Counted from the stretch's first letter, positions 8,238 to 19,043 are shown. The stretch is 64,000 bases of DNA from an uncultured cyanobacterium (GCA_963740315.1 CAVUDP010000001.1:320001-384000); one strand, 5' to 3'. Notes: a model not told the origin generated them from the sequence alone. Numbers and translations: made by a program.

Positions 8238-8870
8238 TTATTCACAATTTTTCAAAGCTTCAATATCGCCATCAACAATCTTCTCTAAATTACGAGAAAT
8301 TTTCTCAATATCCCAATTCCACCAAGCAATTTTTAACAAAGTCTCAATAACATCATCCGCAAAGCGTTTTTTTATTTCTTTCGCCGGATTTCCCCCTACT
8401 ATGGTATATGGTAAAACGTTCTTAGTAACAACTGATTTTGAAGCAATAATTGCTCCATCACCAATCTCAATTCCTGGCATAATTACGGCTTCATAACCTA
8501 TCCAAACATCGTTACCAATTACAGTATCGCCTTTATTCGGTAGTTCATCTTGCTGCGGAGTTACTTTCTCCCAACCATTACCAAATATTTGAAAAGGATA
8601 GCTAGAAAAACCCGAAATTTTATGATTTGCACCATTCATAATAAACTTTACACCTGTTGCTAAAGCGCAAAATTTACCGATAATTAATTTATCGCCAATA
8701 AAAGGGAAATGATAAAGAACATTACGCTCGAAATTCTCGGAATCTTCTAAGTCATCGTAATAAGTATAATCTCCGATAATTATATTTGGATTCGATACCG
8801 TATTTTTGATAAAGCAGATTTGGGGAAATCCCTTCATCGGATGTTTTTCGTTTGGATTTGCACCGTACAT
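8238..8870 (-). CDS. Vat/CatB-family xenobiotic O-acetyltransferase
   Basis: [48 protein letters not shown]. Confidence 0.93.
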   Translation of the reverse strand: MYGANPNEKHPMKGFPQICFIKNTVSNPNIIIGDYTYYDDLEDSENFERNVLYHFPFIGDKLIIGKFCALATGVKFIMNGANHKISGFSSYPFQIFGNGWEKVTPQQDELPNKGDTVIGNDVWIGYEAVIMPGIEIGDGAIIASKSVVTKNVLPYTIVGGNPAKEIKKRFADDVIETLLKIAWWNWDIEKISRNLEKIVDGDIEALKNCE

Positions 8871-9101
8871 TTATAAAGAGTGAGTCAGGAATATAAAAAC
8901 AAAAAGGATGAGTTCTCAACCCATCCTAAGATTATAAAACTGATTGTATCGCCGTGACCAAAAATCAAAAAACCAGAAATCTGGGTAGTAGATTGAGTTA
9001 AAGACTCACTTGATTATTTAATATAAAAAAGTGTTATTTACGCCTTGAACCCAAACATTGCCACTACTAACTGGTTACTGATTACTGATTACTGGTTACT
9101 G

Positions 9102-10322
9102 TTAATAAACATTCCAAGCTGGTTCATTATCTGGTAAATACTCACCTTCAGCAATGGTACCATCCATCATCCAAATGGCAGTTCCTCCGGTGGTACTATC
9201 GCGCCAGAAAATATCGGTTTTACCGTTGCCATTGTAATCTCCGAAGGTGGGTTCCCAACTTAGATCGTTGGAAGGTAAGAAAGCTTTAGTTAAAATATTT
9301 CCCCCATTCATTAACCAAGCTGTATTTTCGCCGCTTTGGGTATTGTGCCAGAAAATATCTGTTTTACCATCACCGTTGAAATCCCCAGTATTGGCTTCCC
9401 AAGCAGAACTTAATTGATCTAAAGTTTCTTCATTAAAAATGACATCGTTAAACAAAGTACCATTCAAGATCCAAACTTCATTCTCTCCACTAGCTTGATT
9501 GCTCCAGAGAATATCAGCCCGTGAATCTCCATCGAAATCACCGAAGGTAGGATTCCAACTAGTATCTATTTGTTGCACGGCATAACCATTTGCATTGGTA
9601 CCATCCATATACCAAGCAGCGTTTTCACCCGTTACACTATTGCGCCAAAAGATATCGGTTTTACCGTCATTATTGAAATCAGTAACGCTGTAATCCCAAA
9701 TTAAATCGGTTGTGGGTAGATAAGCAGCATTGGTGACTTCTTTGCCATCCATAATCCAAGCCGCATTTTCACCCGTTTGGGTATTTCGCCAAAAAATATC
9801 GCTTTTGCCATCGCCGTTAAATTCAGCAATAGTAAAATCCCAATTGGAATCAATTTTTTGAATTGTCTCTTGGGAACTGATATTAGTGCCATCCATTTGC
9901 CAGACGACATTTTCTCCGGTACTTTGATTTCTCCAGAAAATATCAGTTTTGTTATCGTTATTGAAATCGGCGAAACTAAAATCCCAACCTGCATCAACAT
10001 CTCTAAGAATCTCTGCATTTGGATTAATACCGTCCATTAACCAAATTGCAGTTTCACCAGTTTGGGTATTGCGCCAAAATTTATCATTTTTACCATCACC
10101 GTTGAAATCGACATCAACTGCTGCACCGCTAAAAATTTTATTAGGGTTAGAGTTTCTGTTGGCAGTTACAAGCCCATCCTCTTGTAGCGATTGGGAAGAA
10201 CCTTTTAAAGTTAAATCGCTATCGAAGGAGATATTCTCGTCAAAAGTATTGTTTGAAATGGTGGCATATTCTGTATTCAAAGCGTTTACAGATACACCAG
10301 AGTTATTTTCAGTTGAAAACAT
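9102..10322 (-). CDS. FG-GAP/VCBS repeat beta-propeller protein
   Basis: Seven DFNGDGKxDIFWRN..TGEN..WxMDG-type repeats. Confidence 0.9.
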   Translation of the reverse strand: MFSTENNSGVSVNALNTEYATISNNTFDENISFDSDLTLKGSSQSLQEDGLVTANRNSNPNKIFSGAAVDVDFNGDGKNDKFWRNTQTGETAIWLMDGINPNAEILRDVDAGWDFSFADFNNDNKTDIFWRNQSTGENVVWQMDGTNISSQETIQKIDSNWDFTIAEFNGDGKSDIFWRNTQTGENAAWIMDGKEVTNAAYLPTTDLIWDYSVTDFNNDGKTDIFWRNSVTGENAAWYMDGTNANGYAVQQIDTSWNPTFGDFDGDSRADILWSNQASGENEVWILNGTLFNDVIFNEETLDQLSSAWEANTGDFNGDGKTDIFWHNTQSGENTAWLMNGGNILTKAFLPSNDLSWEPTFGDYNGNGKTDIFWRDSTTGGTAIWMMDGTIAEGEYLPDNEPAWNVY

Positions 10323-10687
10323 TGTGTTTAATTATCACTAATATCTCTCAGTTTTAACTGATTTTTACAATATCTTTTGTCAAGGGCTAACATATAATTT
10401 ATTTTTAACTGTTGTTGATGATAAATGTTTTCAGTATCATTTTTCATAGTTATTTTATAGTTGTTTAAATTTAATTTAATTAGCTATAGCTCTAAATATA
10501 TTTTAGCTTTATTTCTTTGGATAGAGGTAGTTAAAATTTATTTAATTAAATCTTAAAATTATTAAAACCACTAGATATAGAAATCTATATAGAAAAACCC
10601 GGCTTAAAAAAACCGGGTTGATTAATGATGATAAATTGCTTAGATATCAGATAAAAGGAATTTAGGAGTTACTTTCCTGATTACCTA

Positions 10688-11887
10688 TTACCCAAGAACC
10701 CATTCTGTAGGTAGTGAAGGCAACTCTTCTTGAGCGACATCCGCACCATTTACCCGAAGAAGCATATTTTCACCAGTTTGGGTATTGCGTCCGAAAACAT
10801 CTGTATCGCCATCACCATCGTAATCGCCGATACTTACATCCCATTCAGCACCAACTTGTGGGATGTCGATGGGAGTAGCTGTAGCACCATCCATAATCCA
10901 AACGGTGTTTTCTCCAGTTGCCTGATCGCGCCATAAGATGTCCATTTTGCCATCAGCATTGAAATCGCCAATATTGGATTCATAGCCTGAACCTAAAGTA
11001 GGTAAATCTGCTGGAGTAGCAGTAGAGCCATTCATCAACCAAACTTTAGTTTCGCCGGTGCTGGTATTTTCCCAAAGGATATCGGTAGTAAAGTTACCAT
11101 CGAAATCACCTTCTTCATATTTCCAACCCGCGCCAAAGGTTTCTAATTGAGTAGATTCTGCACTCAAGCCATTCATAAACCAAATGGCATTTTCACCAGT
11201 TTGATCGTTATGCCAAAATATATCGGTACTGAAGTTGGGATTAAATTCACCAACAGTATAACTCCATGATGAATCTAATTGAGGTAGGAAATCAGCACTA
11301 ATAACAGTATTACCATCCATCAACCAACCGGCATTTTCACCAGTAGTTTCGCTACGCCACATTAAATCGGTTTTACTATCGCCATTGAAATCTGCAATGC
11401 TGAAATCCCATTCGGTACCGAGAGTATCTAAAGCAGTTTCAGATACAATTTCAGTACCATCCATCAACCAAAGAAGATTTTCTCCGGTAGTTTCGCTACG
11501 CCACATTAAATCGGTTTTACCATCGCCATTGAAGTCACCAATGCTGTAATCCCATTCAGTGCCCATAGTATTGATAGCAGCACCAGTAGGAGTAGCACCA
11601 TCCATCAACCAAATAGCATTTTCACCTGTTGCGGTATTATGCCAGAATTTATCGTGAATACCATCTCCATTAAAATCAGCAAAAACAGCGGGACTGCTAA
11701 TATAAGGACTAGGGTTAGGATTCTGTTGAGCATCAAAATCAGAAGTCAACACTTCATTATTTAATGACTGTGAAGAACCACTTAAATTTAGAGTGTTTAA
11801 ATCGTTTTCTGGAGCAAAACTATTATCTTGAATTGACGCAGATTGTAATGCGCTCTGACTCTTTAAGGGATTTGTAGATTCCAACAT
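10688..11887 (-). CDS. FG-GAP/VCBS repeat beta-propeller protein (paralog of 9102-10322)
   Basis: Seven similar repeats; shared GSSQSL motif in the N-terminal region. Confidence 0.9.
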   Translation of the reverse strand: MLESTNPLKSQSALQSASIQDNSFAPENDLNTLNLSGSSQSLNNEVLTSDFDAQQNPNPSPYISSPAVFADFNGDGIHDKFWHNTATGENAIWLMDGATPTGAAINTMGTEWDYSIGDFNGDGKTDLMWRSETTGENLLWLMDGTEIVSETALDTLGTEWDFSIADFNGDSKTDLMWRSETTGENAGWLMDGNTVISADFLPQLDSSWSYTVGEFNPNFSTDIFWHNDQTGENAIWFMNGLSAESTQLETFGAGWKYEEGDFDGNFTTDILWENTSTGETKVWLMNGSTATPADLPTLGSGYESNIGDFNADGKMDILWRDQATGENTVWIMDGATATPIDIPQVGAEWDVSIGDYDGDGDTDVFGRNTQTGENMLLRVNGADVAQEELPSLPTEWVLG

Positions 11888-12103
11888 TGTGTTTATTAAT
11901 TACCAGGTTTCCTCTAACTTTTATCTCTATTTTTATAAAGATTCTGTTAATTTGGAACATATACTCTTTTTTAATAATGTTGAAAATTTATATTTTTTTG
12001 ATAGTTGTAAGCTCTAATTAGTTTTTCAAAAATTGCAACTGTTATTAGTAATATTTAGCTAATTAGTTTGTAGTAAACAATATGCTAAATCTACTCAAGA
12101 ATA

Positions 12104-12286
12104 TTAGGTTTGTAGTAAGGACTTTAGTCCTCTCAGACAAGGGTTAAAACCGGCACGTAGAACTCTTAGGTTTGTAGTAAGGACTTTAGTCCTCTCAGAC
12201 AAGGGTTGAAACCGGCACGTAGAACTCTTAGGTTTGTAGTAAGGACTTTAGTCCTCTCAGACAAGGGTTAAAACCCTGACTACGAA
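12104..12286. repeat. 62-bp tandem repeat (three units) built from a GTAG REP-like element
   Basis: ttaggtttgtagtaaggactttagtcctctcagacaagggtt starts at 12104, 12166 and 12228. Confidence 0.92.
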
Positions 12287-12289
12287 TTA

Positions 12290-13495
12290 CTATGCATGAA
12301 ACTTCTTCCATTTTGAGAAGGGTAATTCAACTAAGTAGTAAGTAACTGTTGCTAATACGGTTGATAAAATCAAGGTTGCTGTCAATCTGATATAAAACGC
12401 TTCTATGGGAATTTCTGCGTTAAAAATATCGTAAGTTCTGGTGATGATTGGCATATGCCAAATATAAATTCCGTAGGATAAGTTACCTATTATTTCTAAT
12501 ATTCTGACAGGATTTTTTAAAATAGCGTTGAATGATAACTTTTCATGTTTAGTAAATTCGTGATAAATATCTTTTTCAAAAGCAAATATAAAAAATGAGG
12601 TGATAATTGCCGTCAACGGTTGCAATATCAATATTGTTGTTAATGTTCTCCAGCCTCCGCTCCGATTCGGTAAATTCCATAACTCTTGGTAATATAAATG
12701 ATGTGCGGAGAATAGATACAGTAAAATTATCAGTGTTACAGCAAATATTTTAGTAGTTAATGATTTTGTTTGATTAGAAAATCCTTTATAATTCCGAATC
12801 AATCCATTGACGAAAAAGCCACACAAAAATAAATCTAAATTGGTAATCAAGGGAGTATACCAATATTTAAATGCATATCCCATTTCTTGTGTAATTTCTT
12901 TCTGAAAACTTATCCAAAGTAAACTTCTTAAAATAAAACTTGCAAAAATTATCATAAAAGCAGCAATAAATACTTTTTTTTGATTATTTAAACGATTTTG
13001 AATCAAGCTATAAATAAAAGGGACGATTAAATAAAACTGTACTTCTGTTGATAACGACCAAAAAACATCATTGAATTTAACCGCTTCAAAACTAATATAT
13101 GGATGATAAGTAAACGTAGATATTCTGAATAGATAACCCCAATTAGAAAACTTGAGAACTTCCGGATAAACGAATACTGCTAAAATTAGTACGGCAAAAT
13201 AATACAGTGGAAATATTCTCAAAGCCCGATTGCGCCAAAACTTGATAACTCCTGCTATATCATTCCTGTAGCGCTTTGTATAGAAAACCTTCCCCATCAA
13301 ATAACCGGATAAAACAAAGAAAATCCAAACTGCGATCGCGCCGTGACTAAACATCAACCAACTTAAATCAAAACCGTCATAAATAATTGATTTTCTAGGG
13401 GGAGCGCAATGAATTGTTACTACCATCAAACAGGCAAAACCGCGTAGAGCCAGTAATGCATCTAAGCGATTATTTTTGATATTATTTGATTGCAT
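12290..13495 (-). CDS. Acyltransferase family 3 (OafA-like) membrane O-acyltransferase
   Basis: LRGFACLMV, FFVLSGYLM, WSLSTEVQFY, SYGIYIWHMP, YYLVELP. Confidence 0.92.
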   Translation of the reverse strand: MQSNNIKNNRLDALLALRGFACLMVVTIHCAPPRKSIIYDGFDLSWLMFSHGAIAVWIFFVLSGYLMGKVFYTKRYRNDIAGVIKFWRNRALRIFPLYYFAVLILAVFVYPEVLKFSNWGYLFRISTFTYHPYISFEAVKFNDVFWSLSTEVQFYLIVPFIYSLIQNRLNNQKKVFIAAFMIIFASFILRSLLWISFQKEITQEMGYAFKYWYTPLITNLDLFLCGFFVNGLIRNYKGFSNQTKSLTTKIFAVTLIILLYLFSAHHLYYQELWNLPNRSGGWRTLTTILILQPLTAIITSFFIFAFEKDIYHEFTKHEKLSFNAILKNPVRILEIIGNLSYGIYIWHMPIITRTYDIFNAEIPIEAFYIRLTATLILSTVLATVTYYLVELPFSKWKKFHA

Positions 13496-13864
13496 TTATA
13501 TTGCTGAATAGTGATTCCAGTAAAAATTGATAAATGCAAATTTTAGTTAACCCTGTTTTATCGACTTTAATTCAAATGAAATACTAACTTTTAACCGATT
13601 TTTTCATAAAAAGGTTGCCATGTTGGCAATGGTACCCAAACTTACTACCATTATTGATATAAAAAACCGCAGAGGAAAGAGGTTTCATAGAGATAGAAGT
13701 ATTTATTCGAGCAATCAAAAAATAATTCCCACAAATGTAGAGAGCTCCGCACTGCTACGTCTCCATACAATTTCGAGAAAAACGAGTTAAATCCAAAATC
13801 TAAAATCCAAAATCTAAAATAGTATTACCTTGGAGAAATATAAACAACACGATATCGGATAACT

Positions 13865-15175
13865 ATGCAAGCAGAGTATCGGCAGCGACGGGATGCATTA
13901 ATGTCAAAGATTGGTAGCGGTACGGCAATTTTTCGCAGTGCGCCTATGGCTGTGATGCACAATGATGTAGAATACGCTTACCGTCAAGATAGTGATTTCT
14001 TCTATTTAACTGGTTTGAACGAAGCCGAAGCTGTAGCGGTTTTAGCGCCTCACCACGACGAACATAAGTTTATATTGTTCGTACAGCCCAAGGATATTAC
14101 CAAAGAAGTTTGGAGTGGTTATGTCACCGGGGTTGATGCAGCCAAGGAAAAGTACGGTGCTGATGAAGCCTACCCCATCAACGAATTAAACGAAAAATTA
14201 CCTCAATATTTAATCAACGCAGACAAAATTTATTATCGTTTGGGACGAGATAAGTCTTTTAACGAAACTGTTCTCACCCATTACCAAAGATTATTACGAA
14301 CTTATCCCAAACGCGGTTTCGGTCCTACAGCAATTCAAGATACCTGCACCATTTTACATGGAATGCGGATGGTTAAAAGCGAATCCGAATTGGAATTAAT
14401 GCGAAAAGCCGCCGATATCGCCGTGGAAGCGCATAATTTAGCCTTAGAAATGGCGAAACCGGGAGTTTACGAATACGAAATTCAAGCAGAGATGGAGCGC
14501 ATTTTTAGAAAACACGGTGGGTTAGGACCTGCATATCCTTCTATCGTCGCATCGGGTGCTAATTCCTGCATACTTCACTACATCGAAAACAACCGTCAAA
14601 TGCAAGACGGAGATTTACTTTTAATTGACGCAGGTTGTTCCTATGAATATTACAACTCCGATATTACCCGCACGTTTCCCGTTGGTGGAAAGTTTACCGA
14701 CGAACAAAAGACGCTGTATGAATTAGTTTTGGATGCACAGAAACAGGCGATCGCACAAGTAAAGCCGGGAAATGCTTATAATTCAATTCACGATACCGCT
14801 TTACGAGTGCTTGTAGAAGGAATGGTTGAACTAGGTATTCTCAAAGGTGAAGTTGATAAATTAATTGAAGAAGAGAAATACAAACCTTATTATATGCACC
14901 GCACCGGGCATTGGTTGGGTTTAGATGTTCATGATGTCGGAGTTTACCAACACGGTAAAGATAACCCGTTAATTCTGCAACCCGGACAAATTCTAACAGT
15001 AGAACCTGGAATTTATATTGTACCCGAAGCCAAACCCGCAGAAGAACAGCCGCAAGTCGATCGAAAATGGATGGGAATCGGAATTCGTATCGAAGATGAT
15101 GTTTTAGTCACCGAAAGCGGATGTGAAGTGTTAACGAAGGGAGTTGATAAGGAAGTCGAGGATATGGAGAGGTAA
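13865..15175 (+). CDS. pepP: Xaa-Pro aminopeptidase
   Basis: YRQDSDFFYLTG, SDITRTFP, HRTGHWLGLDVHD, TVEPGIY, GIRIEDD. Confidence 0.95.
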   Translation: MQAEYRQRRDALMSKIGSGTAIFRSAPMAVMHNDVEYAYRQDSDFFYLTGLNEAEAVAVLAPHHDEHKFILFVQPKDITKEVWSGYVTGVDAAKEKYGADEAYPINELNEKLPQYLINADKIYYRLGRDKSFNETVLTHYQRLLRTYPKRGFGPTAIQDTCTILHGMRMVKSESELELMRKAADIAVEAHNLALEMAKPGVYEYEIQAEMERIFRKHGGLGPAYPSIVASGANSCILHYIENNRQMQDGDLLLIDAGCSYEYYNSDITRTFPVGGKFTDEQKTLYELVLDAQKQAIAQVKPGNAYNSIHDTALRVLVEGMVELGILKGEVDKLIEEEKYKPYYMHRTGHWLGLDVHDVGVYQHGKDNPLILQPGQILTVEPGIYIVPEAKPAEEQPQVDRKWMGIGIRIEDDVLVTESGCEVLTKGVDKEVEDMER

Positions 15176-15191
15176 GGGGGAGATGGGGGAT

Positions 15192-15331
15192 GGGGAGATG
15201 GGGAGTACTTCGACAAGTCTTACAGTGAGCTACGTCGAACTGCTCAGTAACCTTTGGGGAGATGGGGAGTACTTCGACAAGTCTTACAGTGAGCTACGTC
15301 GAACTGCTCAGTAACCTTTGGGGGGATGGGG
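15192..15331. repeat. 64-bp-period tandem of a small dispersed element (2 copies) in a purine-rich tract
   Basis: agtacttcgacaagtcttacagtgagctacgtcgaactgctcagtaaccttt at 15204 and 15268; identical core at 55228, 55292 and 55356. Confidence 0.92.
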
Positions 15332-15409
15332 GGACAAGGGGAGATAATTTTTACTAATTCCTCACTCAATACTCCTCACTCCTAACTCAATACTCCTCAC
15401 TCCTCACAT

Positions 15410-15985
15410 TTACCAAATTTCTGCTAAATCCAAAACAAACCCAGGTAAAACATCTTCTCCCGAAACAGTTTGTGGAGATTCTAAAATTTCAACTTCTTGT
15501 TTGGGACGATAAATTTCTATTTGCTTCTGCTTGCGATTAATTAACCAACCTAAAGAAGCGCCATTTTCCATGTATTCCTTCATTTTGGCTCTGGTTTTTT
15601 CCAGAGTGTCGCTGGGGGACATTAATTCAACCACAAAATCGGGACATAAGGGAGCAAATCTTTCTTTTTCTTCTTCTGTCAAAGCATCCCATCTTTCCAT
15701 TTTCACCCAAGACGCATCCGGGCTGCGCTCTGCACCATTAGGAAGTTTGAAACCACCAGAAGAGTCGAAGGTTTTCCCCAGTTTATTTTTTCGATTCCAA
15801 TTTCTTAATTGACAAGTTAAATCGGCATTTCTGTCGCTAGTGATACTTCCTGTTGGTGGCATAATAATTAATTCTCCCGAAGCAGTGCGTTCAAATCTTA
15901 CATCTGGGTTATTCTGACAAAGTTGAAAAAACTGTTCGTCAGTTAGATCGATGTTGTTAATATCTAATTCAAAAGCAGTATTCAT
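15410..15985 (-). CDS. Uma2-family (DUF820) putative endonuclease
   Basis: ERTASGELIIMPP, RSPDASW, CPDFVVELMSPSD, GEDVLPGFVLDL. Confidence 0.93.
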   Translation of the reverse strand: MNTAFELDINNIDLTDEQFFQLCQNNPDVRFERTASGELIIMPPTGSITSDRNADLTCQLRNWNRKNKLGKTFDSSGGFKLPNGAERSPDASWVKMERWDALTEEEKERFAPLCPDFVVELMSPSDTLEKTRAKMKEYMENGASLGWLINRKQKQIEIYRPKQEVEILESPQTVSGEDVLPGFVLDLAEIW

Positions 15986-16073
15986 ATTATTAAATTAGCA
16001 GTGCGTGGTTCTTTTATTTTATTAGGGAGTAGGGAGTAGGGAATAGGGAACGGTAAATTTGTTGGATAACCTA

Positions 16074-16128
16074 TGTAGAGACGCGTTCACGAAGTGAGCC
16101 GAAGGCATTATTATATCGCGTCTCTACA
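16074..16128. repeat. TGTAGAGACGCG...CGCGTCTCTACA palindrome with an inserted small repeat
   Basis: 12-bp arms flank ttcacgaagtgagccgaaggca. Confidence 0.75.
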
Positions 16129-16152
16129 CAATGCCCAATGCCCAAAGCCCAA

Positions 16153-16698
16153 TTACCTATTACTTCGCAACTTACGGGTATTGTCAACTAAACTTTGAGC
16201 AAATTCATCTAGACGCTGAGATAATTTTTCGTCTAAAAGTTTACCTTCTTTATCAAAGGCTTTCCATGCTTGCCCGATCGCAATTTGTTCGGGAATTACC
16301 CAAGCATGTACCCAACGCATGATGACGCGCATTTGATTGAGGGCATTACTATTGGATTGTCCCCCTAATATACTTATGCTCCCCGTAACTTTATCGGACA
16401 ATTCTTCAAAACTCATCAAATCTAAAGCGTTTTTCAATACTCCGCTGATACCACCGTGGTATTCTGGTGTTGCTAAAATCAACCCGTCGGCAAGCTTTAC
16501 TGTTTCTTGCAGTCGCTTCACGTCTGGATATTCCGGATATTCGTCTCCCCCATCGCAAAATGGTAGCTTCATCTGCCTTAAATCCAGTATTTCTACTTCG
16601 GCACCCAGGGCTTCTACTCGTTGCACTGCTAAAGCCAAAGCTTGATGAGTGTAAGACTCTGCTCTTAAACTACCGGCGATTCCCACTATCTTTACCAT
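16153..16698 (-). CDS. NADPH-dependent FMN reductase
   Basis: GSLRAES, ATPEYHGGISGVLKNALD. Confidence 0.93.
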   Translation of the reverse strand: MVKIVGIAGSLRAESYTHQALALAVQRVEALGAEVEILDLRQMKLPFCDGGDEYPEYPDVKRLQETVKLADGLILATPEYHGGISGVLKNALDLMSFEELSDKVTGSISILGGQSNSNALNQMRVIMRWVHAWVIPEQIAIGQAWKAFDKEGKLLDEKLSQRLDEFAQSLVDNTRKLRSNR

Positions 16699-16734
16699 GA
16701 TTACTTTTAAATACTCTTTTTGCTATAATTAACT

Positions 16735-16786
16735 TGAAGTCATTACGACTATGAATATTTTAGCGATTAAATTTTAATTGTGTCAA
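16735..16786 (-). promoter_or_regulatory. Sigma70-like promoter (TTGACA-N18-TAAAAT) followed by a FurC/PerR-like box
   Basis: Minus-strand TTGACA at 16786-16781; tgaagtcattacgactatg at 16735-16753 resembles the motif at 53706-53724. Confidence 0.55.
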
Positions 16787-17052
16787 ATAGTTGTTTTTAT
16801 AACCATTCAGTGATAGGTAAGACAGTGGCTTTATGAAAAAAATATGTAAAAATAGTTACTATAGGGAGTGAGAATTTTAAAAGTTTGAAGTATGCGTCCT
16901 GAAAAGTTGACTATGACTTGAAAAAAATGGGGAATGTATTTTTTTGTAGAAGCTACACTTTTATTATTGAGAATAAAATTATTTGCATTGTTGAAAATCG
17001 CAGCCACTGAAATTAGCCCCACCTTACGGCAACAGACAAAGGGTAACTATCT

Positions 17053-18948
17053 ATGAAAAATTTTGAGAAAAAGGCGTTAACGAAACAATCAGCCCTCAAG
17101 CGTAAAGCTTTTGGTGGGTTACTATCAATCACTTTGATGTTGTCAGGGGCTTTTGGGGGAATGCCTGCCTTGGCGCAGCAAAAACAGGAAGACAACCCTC
17201 TTACTTATGGCAAATTGATTGAGAAAATTGACCAAGGTGAAGTTAAGCGACTAGAGCTTGATGAAACCCAGCAGATAGCTCGCGTATATCTGGTGGAATC
17301 CGATAAACCTGAAGAAGTCAAGCTTTTTGACCAAAACCCGGAATTAATTAAAAGGCTCAAAGATAAGAATGTTGAGTTTGAGGAAGTTTCTTCGGAAAAC
17401 AGCAGGGTGGCTGTAAGGCTTTTATTGAACTTGATGTGGATTTTGCCTTTGGTTGCTTTGATGCTGCTGTTTTTGCGTCGTACAGCTAATACATCTTCGC
17501 AAGCGATGAATTTTGGTAAGTCTAAAGCGCGTTTTCAGATAGAAGCGAAAACCGGGATCAAGTTTGATGATGTCGCGGGGATAGAAGAAGCCAAAGAAGA
17601 ACTTGGTGAGGTTGTGACTTTCCTCAAACAGCCAGAAAAATTTACTGCTGTAGGCGCACGCATTCCCAAAGGCGTATTATTGGTAGGACCTCCAGGAACG
17701 GGTAAAACTTTACTGGCAAAAGCAATTGCAGGGGAAGCGGGAGTTCCTTTCTTTAGTATTTCCGGTTCGGAATTTGTGGAAATGTTCGTGGGTGTAGGTG
17801 CTTCCCGCGTTCGCGATTTATTTAAGAAAGCCAAAGAAAACGCTCCTTGTTTGATATTTATCGATGAAATTGACGCTGTGGGAAGACAGCGCGGTGCGGG
17901 TATCGGTGGCGGTAATGACGAACGCGAGCAAACCTTGAACCAGCTACTTACGGAGATGGATGGTTTTGAAGGTAACAACGGTATCATTATTATTGCAGCG
18001 ACAAACCGCCCTGACGTACTGGATGCAGCGCTTTTGCGTCCCGGTCGTTTTGACAGACAGGTGATTGTTGATGCACCCGACCGTAAAGGACGTTTGTCGA
18101 TTTTAGAAGTCCACGCTCGCAATAAGAAAATAGACCCTTCAGTTTCTTTAGAAGTTATCGCTCGTCGTACTCCGGGTTTTACAGGAGCAGATTTAGCGAA
18201 TCTTCTTAATGAAGCGGCGATTCTGACTGCAAGAAGACGTAAGGAAGCAACTACCCAGGTAGAGATTGATGATGCGATCGACAGGTTAACTATTGGGTTG
18301 ACTCTGAATCCTTTGTTAGATAGCAAGAAGAAGCGGTTAATTGCTTATCACGAAGTTGGACATGCTTTACTAGCGACACTTTTAGAAAATGCAGATCCTT
18401 TGAATAAAGTCACAATTATTCCTCGTTCCGGTGGAATTGGTGGTTTTTCCCAACAAACGCCCAATGAAGAAATAATTGATAGCGGTCTTTATAGCAAAGC
18501 TTGGTTGAAAGATAATATTATCATGACCTTGGGAGGAAGAGCATCAGAAGCCGAAGTGTTTGGGGAGAAAGAAATCACGGGTGGTGCTAGTAACGATTTG
18601 AAGCAGGTAACAAGTCTAGCCCGGAAAATGGTAACGATGTACGGGATGTCCGATTTGGGATTAGTAGCCTTAGAAAGTCAGAATCGAGACGTATTTTTGG
18701 GTGGAGATTGGGGTAGTAATCGTAAAGAGTATTCCGAAGACATGGCTACCCAAATCGACAAAAAAGTTCGAGAAATTGCTGAGTCCTGCTATCAAGAAGC
18801 ACGTAAAATCATGAGCAAAAACCGTGCATTATTAGATCGTCTTGTCGATTTATTAATTGAACAGGAAACAATAGAAGGCGAACAGTTTCGGAAAATTGTT
18901 GCGGAATATACGGAGTTACCGAAGAATCAATTGGTGATATCTACGTAA
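17053..18948 (+). CDS. ftsH: ATP-dependent zinc metalloprotease FtsH
   Basis: Two TM segments, [34 protein letters not shown]. Confidence 0.97.
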   Translation: MKNFEKKALTKQSALKRKAFGGLLSITLMLSGAFGGMPALAQQKQEDNPLTYGKLIEKIDQGEVKRLELDETQQIARVYLVESDKPEEVKLFDQNPELIKRLKDKNVEFEEVSSENSRVAVRLLLNLMWILPLVALMLLFLRRTANTSSQAMNFGKSKARFQIEAKTGIKFDDVAGIEEAKEELGEVVTFLKQPEKFTAVGARIPKGVLLVGPPGTGKTLLAKAIAGEAGVPFFSISGSEFVEMFVGVGASRVRDLFKKAKENAPCLIFIDEIDAVGRQRGAGIGGGNDEREQTLNQLLTEMDGFEGNNGIIIIAATNRPDVLDAALLRPGRFDRQVIVDAPDRKGRLSILEVHARNKKIDPSVSLEVIARRTPGFTGADLANLLNEAAILTARRRKEATTQVEIDDAIDRLTIGLTLNPLLDSKKKRLIAYHEVGHALLATLLENADPLNKVTIIPRSGGIGGFSQQTPNEEIIDSGLYSKAWLKDNIIMTLGGRASEAEVFGEKEITGGASNDLKQVTSLARKMVTMYGMSDLGLVALESQNRDVFLGGDWGSNRKEYSEDMATQIDKKVREIAESCYQEARKIMSKNRALLDRLVDLLIEQETIEGEQFRKIVAEYTELPKNQLVIST

Positions 18949-19043
18949 TATTAAAAACGCTTCGGCATACCCCCAACTTTCTCAAGGTGTGTTGTGGCGA
19001 TCGCTGCTGCTTACTTTTATTTGTAGTAGCTCCGTAGTTAATC

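Noticed and set aside
8238..8870. Acquired antibiotic resistance cassette
   Set aside because: Vat/CatB-like genes are common chromosomal genes in cyanobacteria, and no integrase, IS or attC context is visible.
12104..12286. CRISPR array
   Set aside because: Whole 62-bp units repeat with no variable spacer, and the unit belongs to a dispersed REP-like family.
17535..18326. 263-aa antisense ORF and the other short ORFs nested in long genes
   Set aside because: Shadow frames of well-supported genes such as ftsH, chlH, susA and murF.
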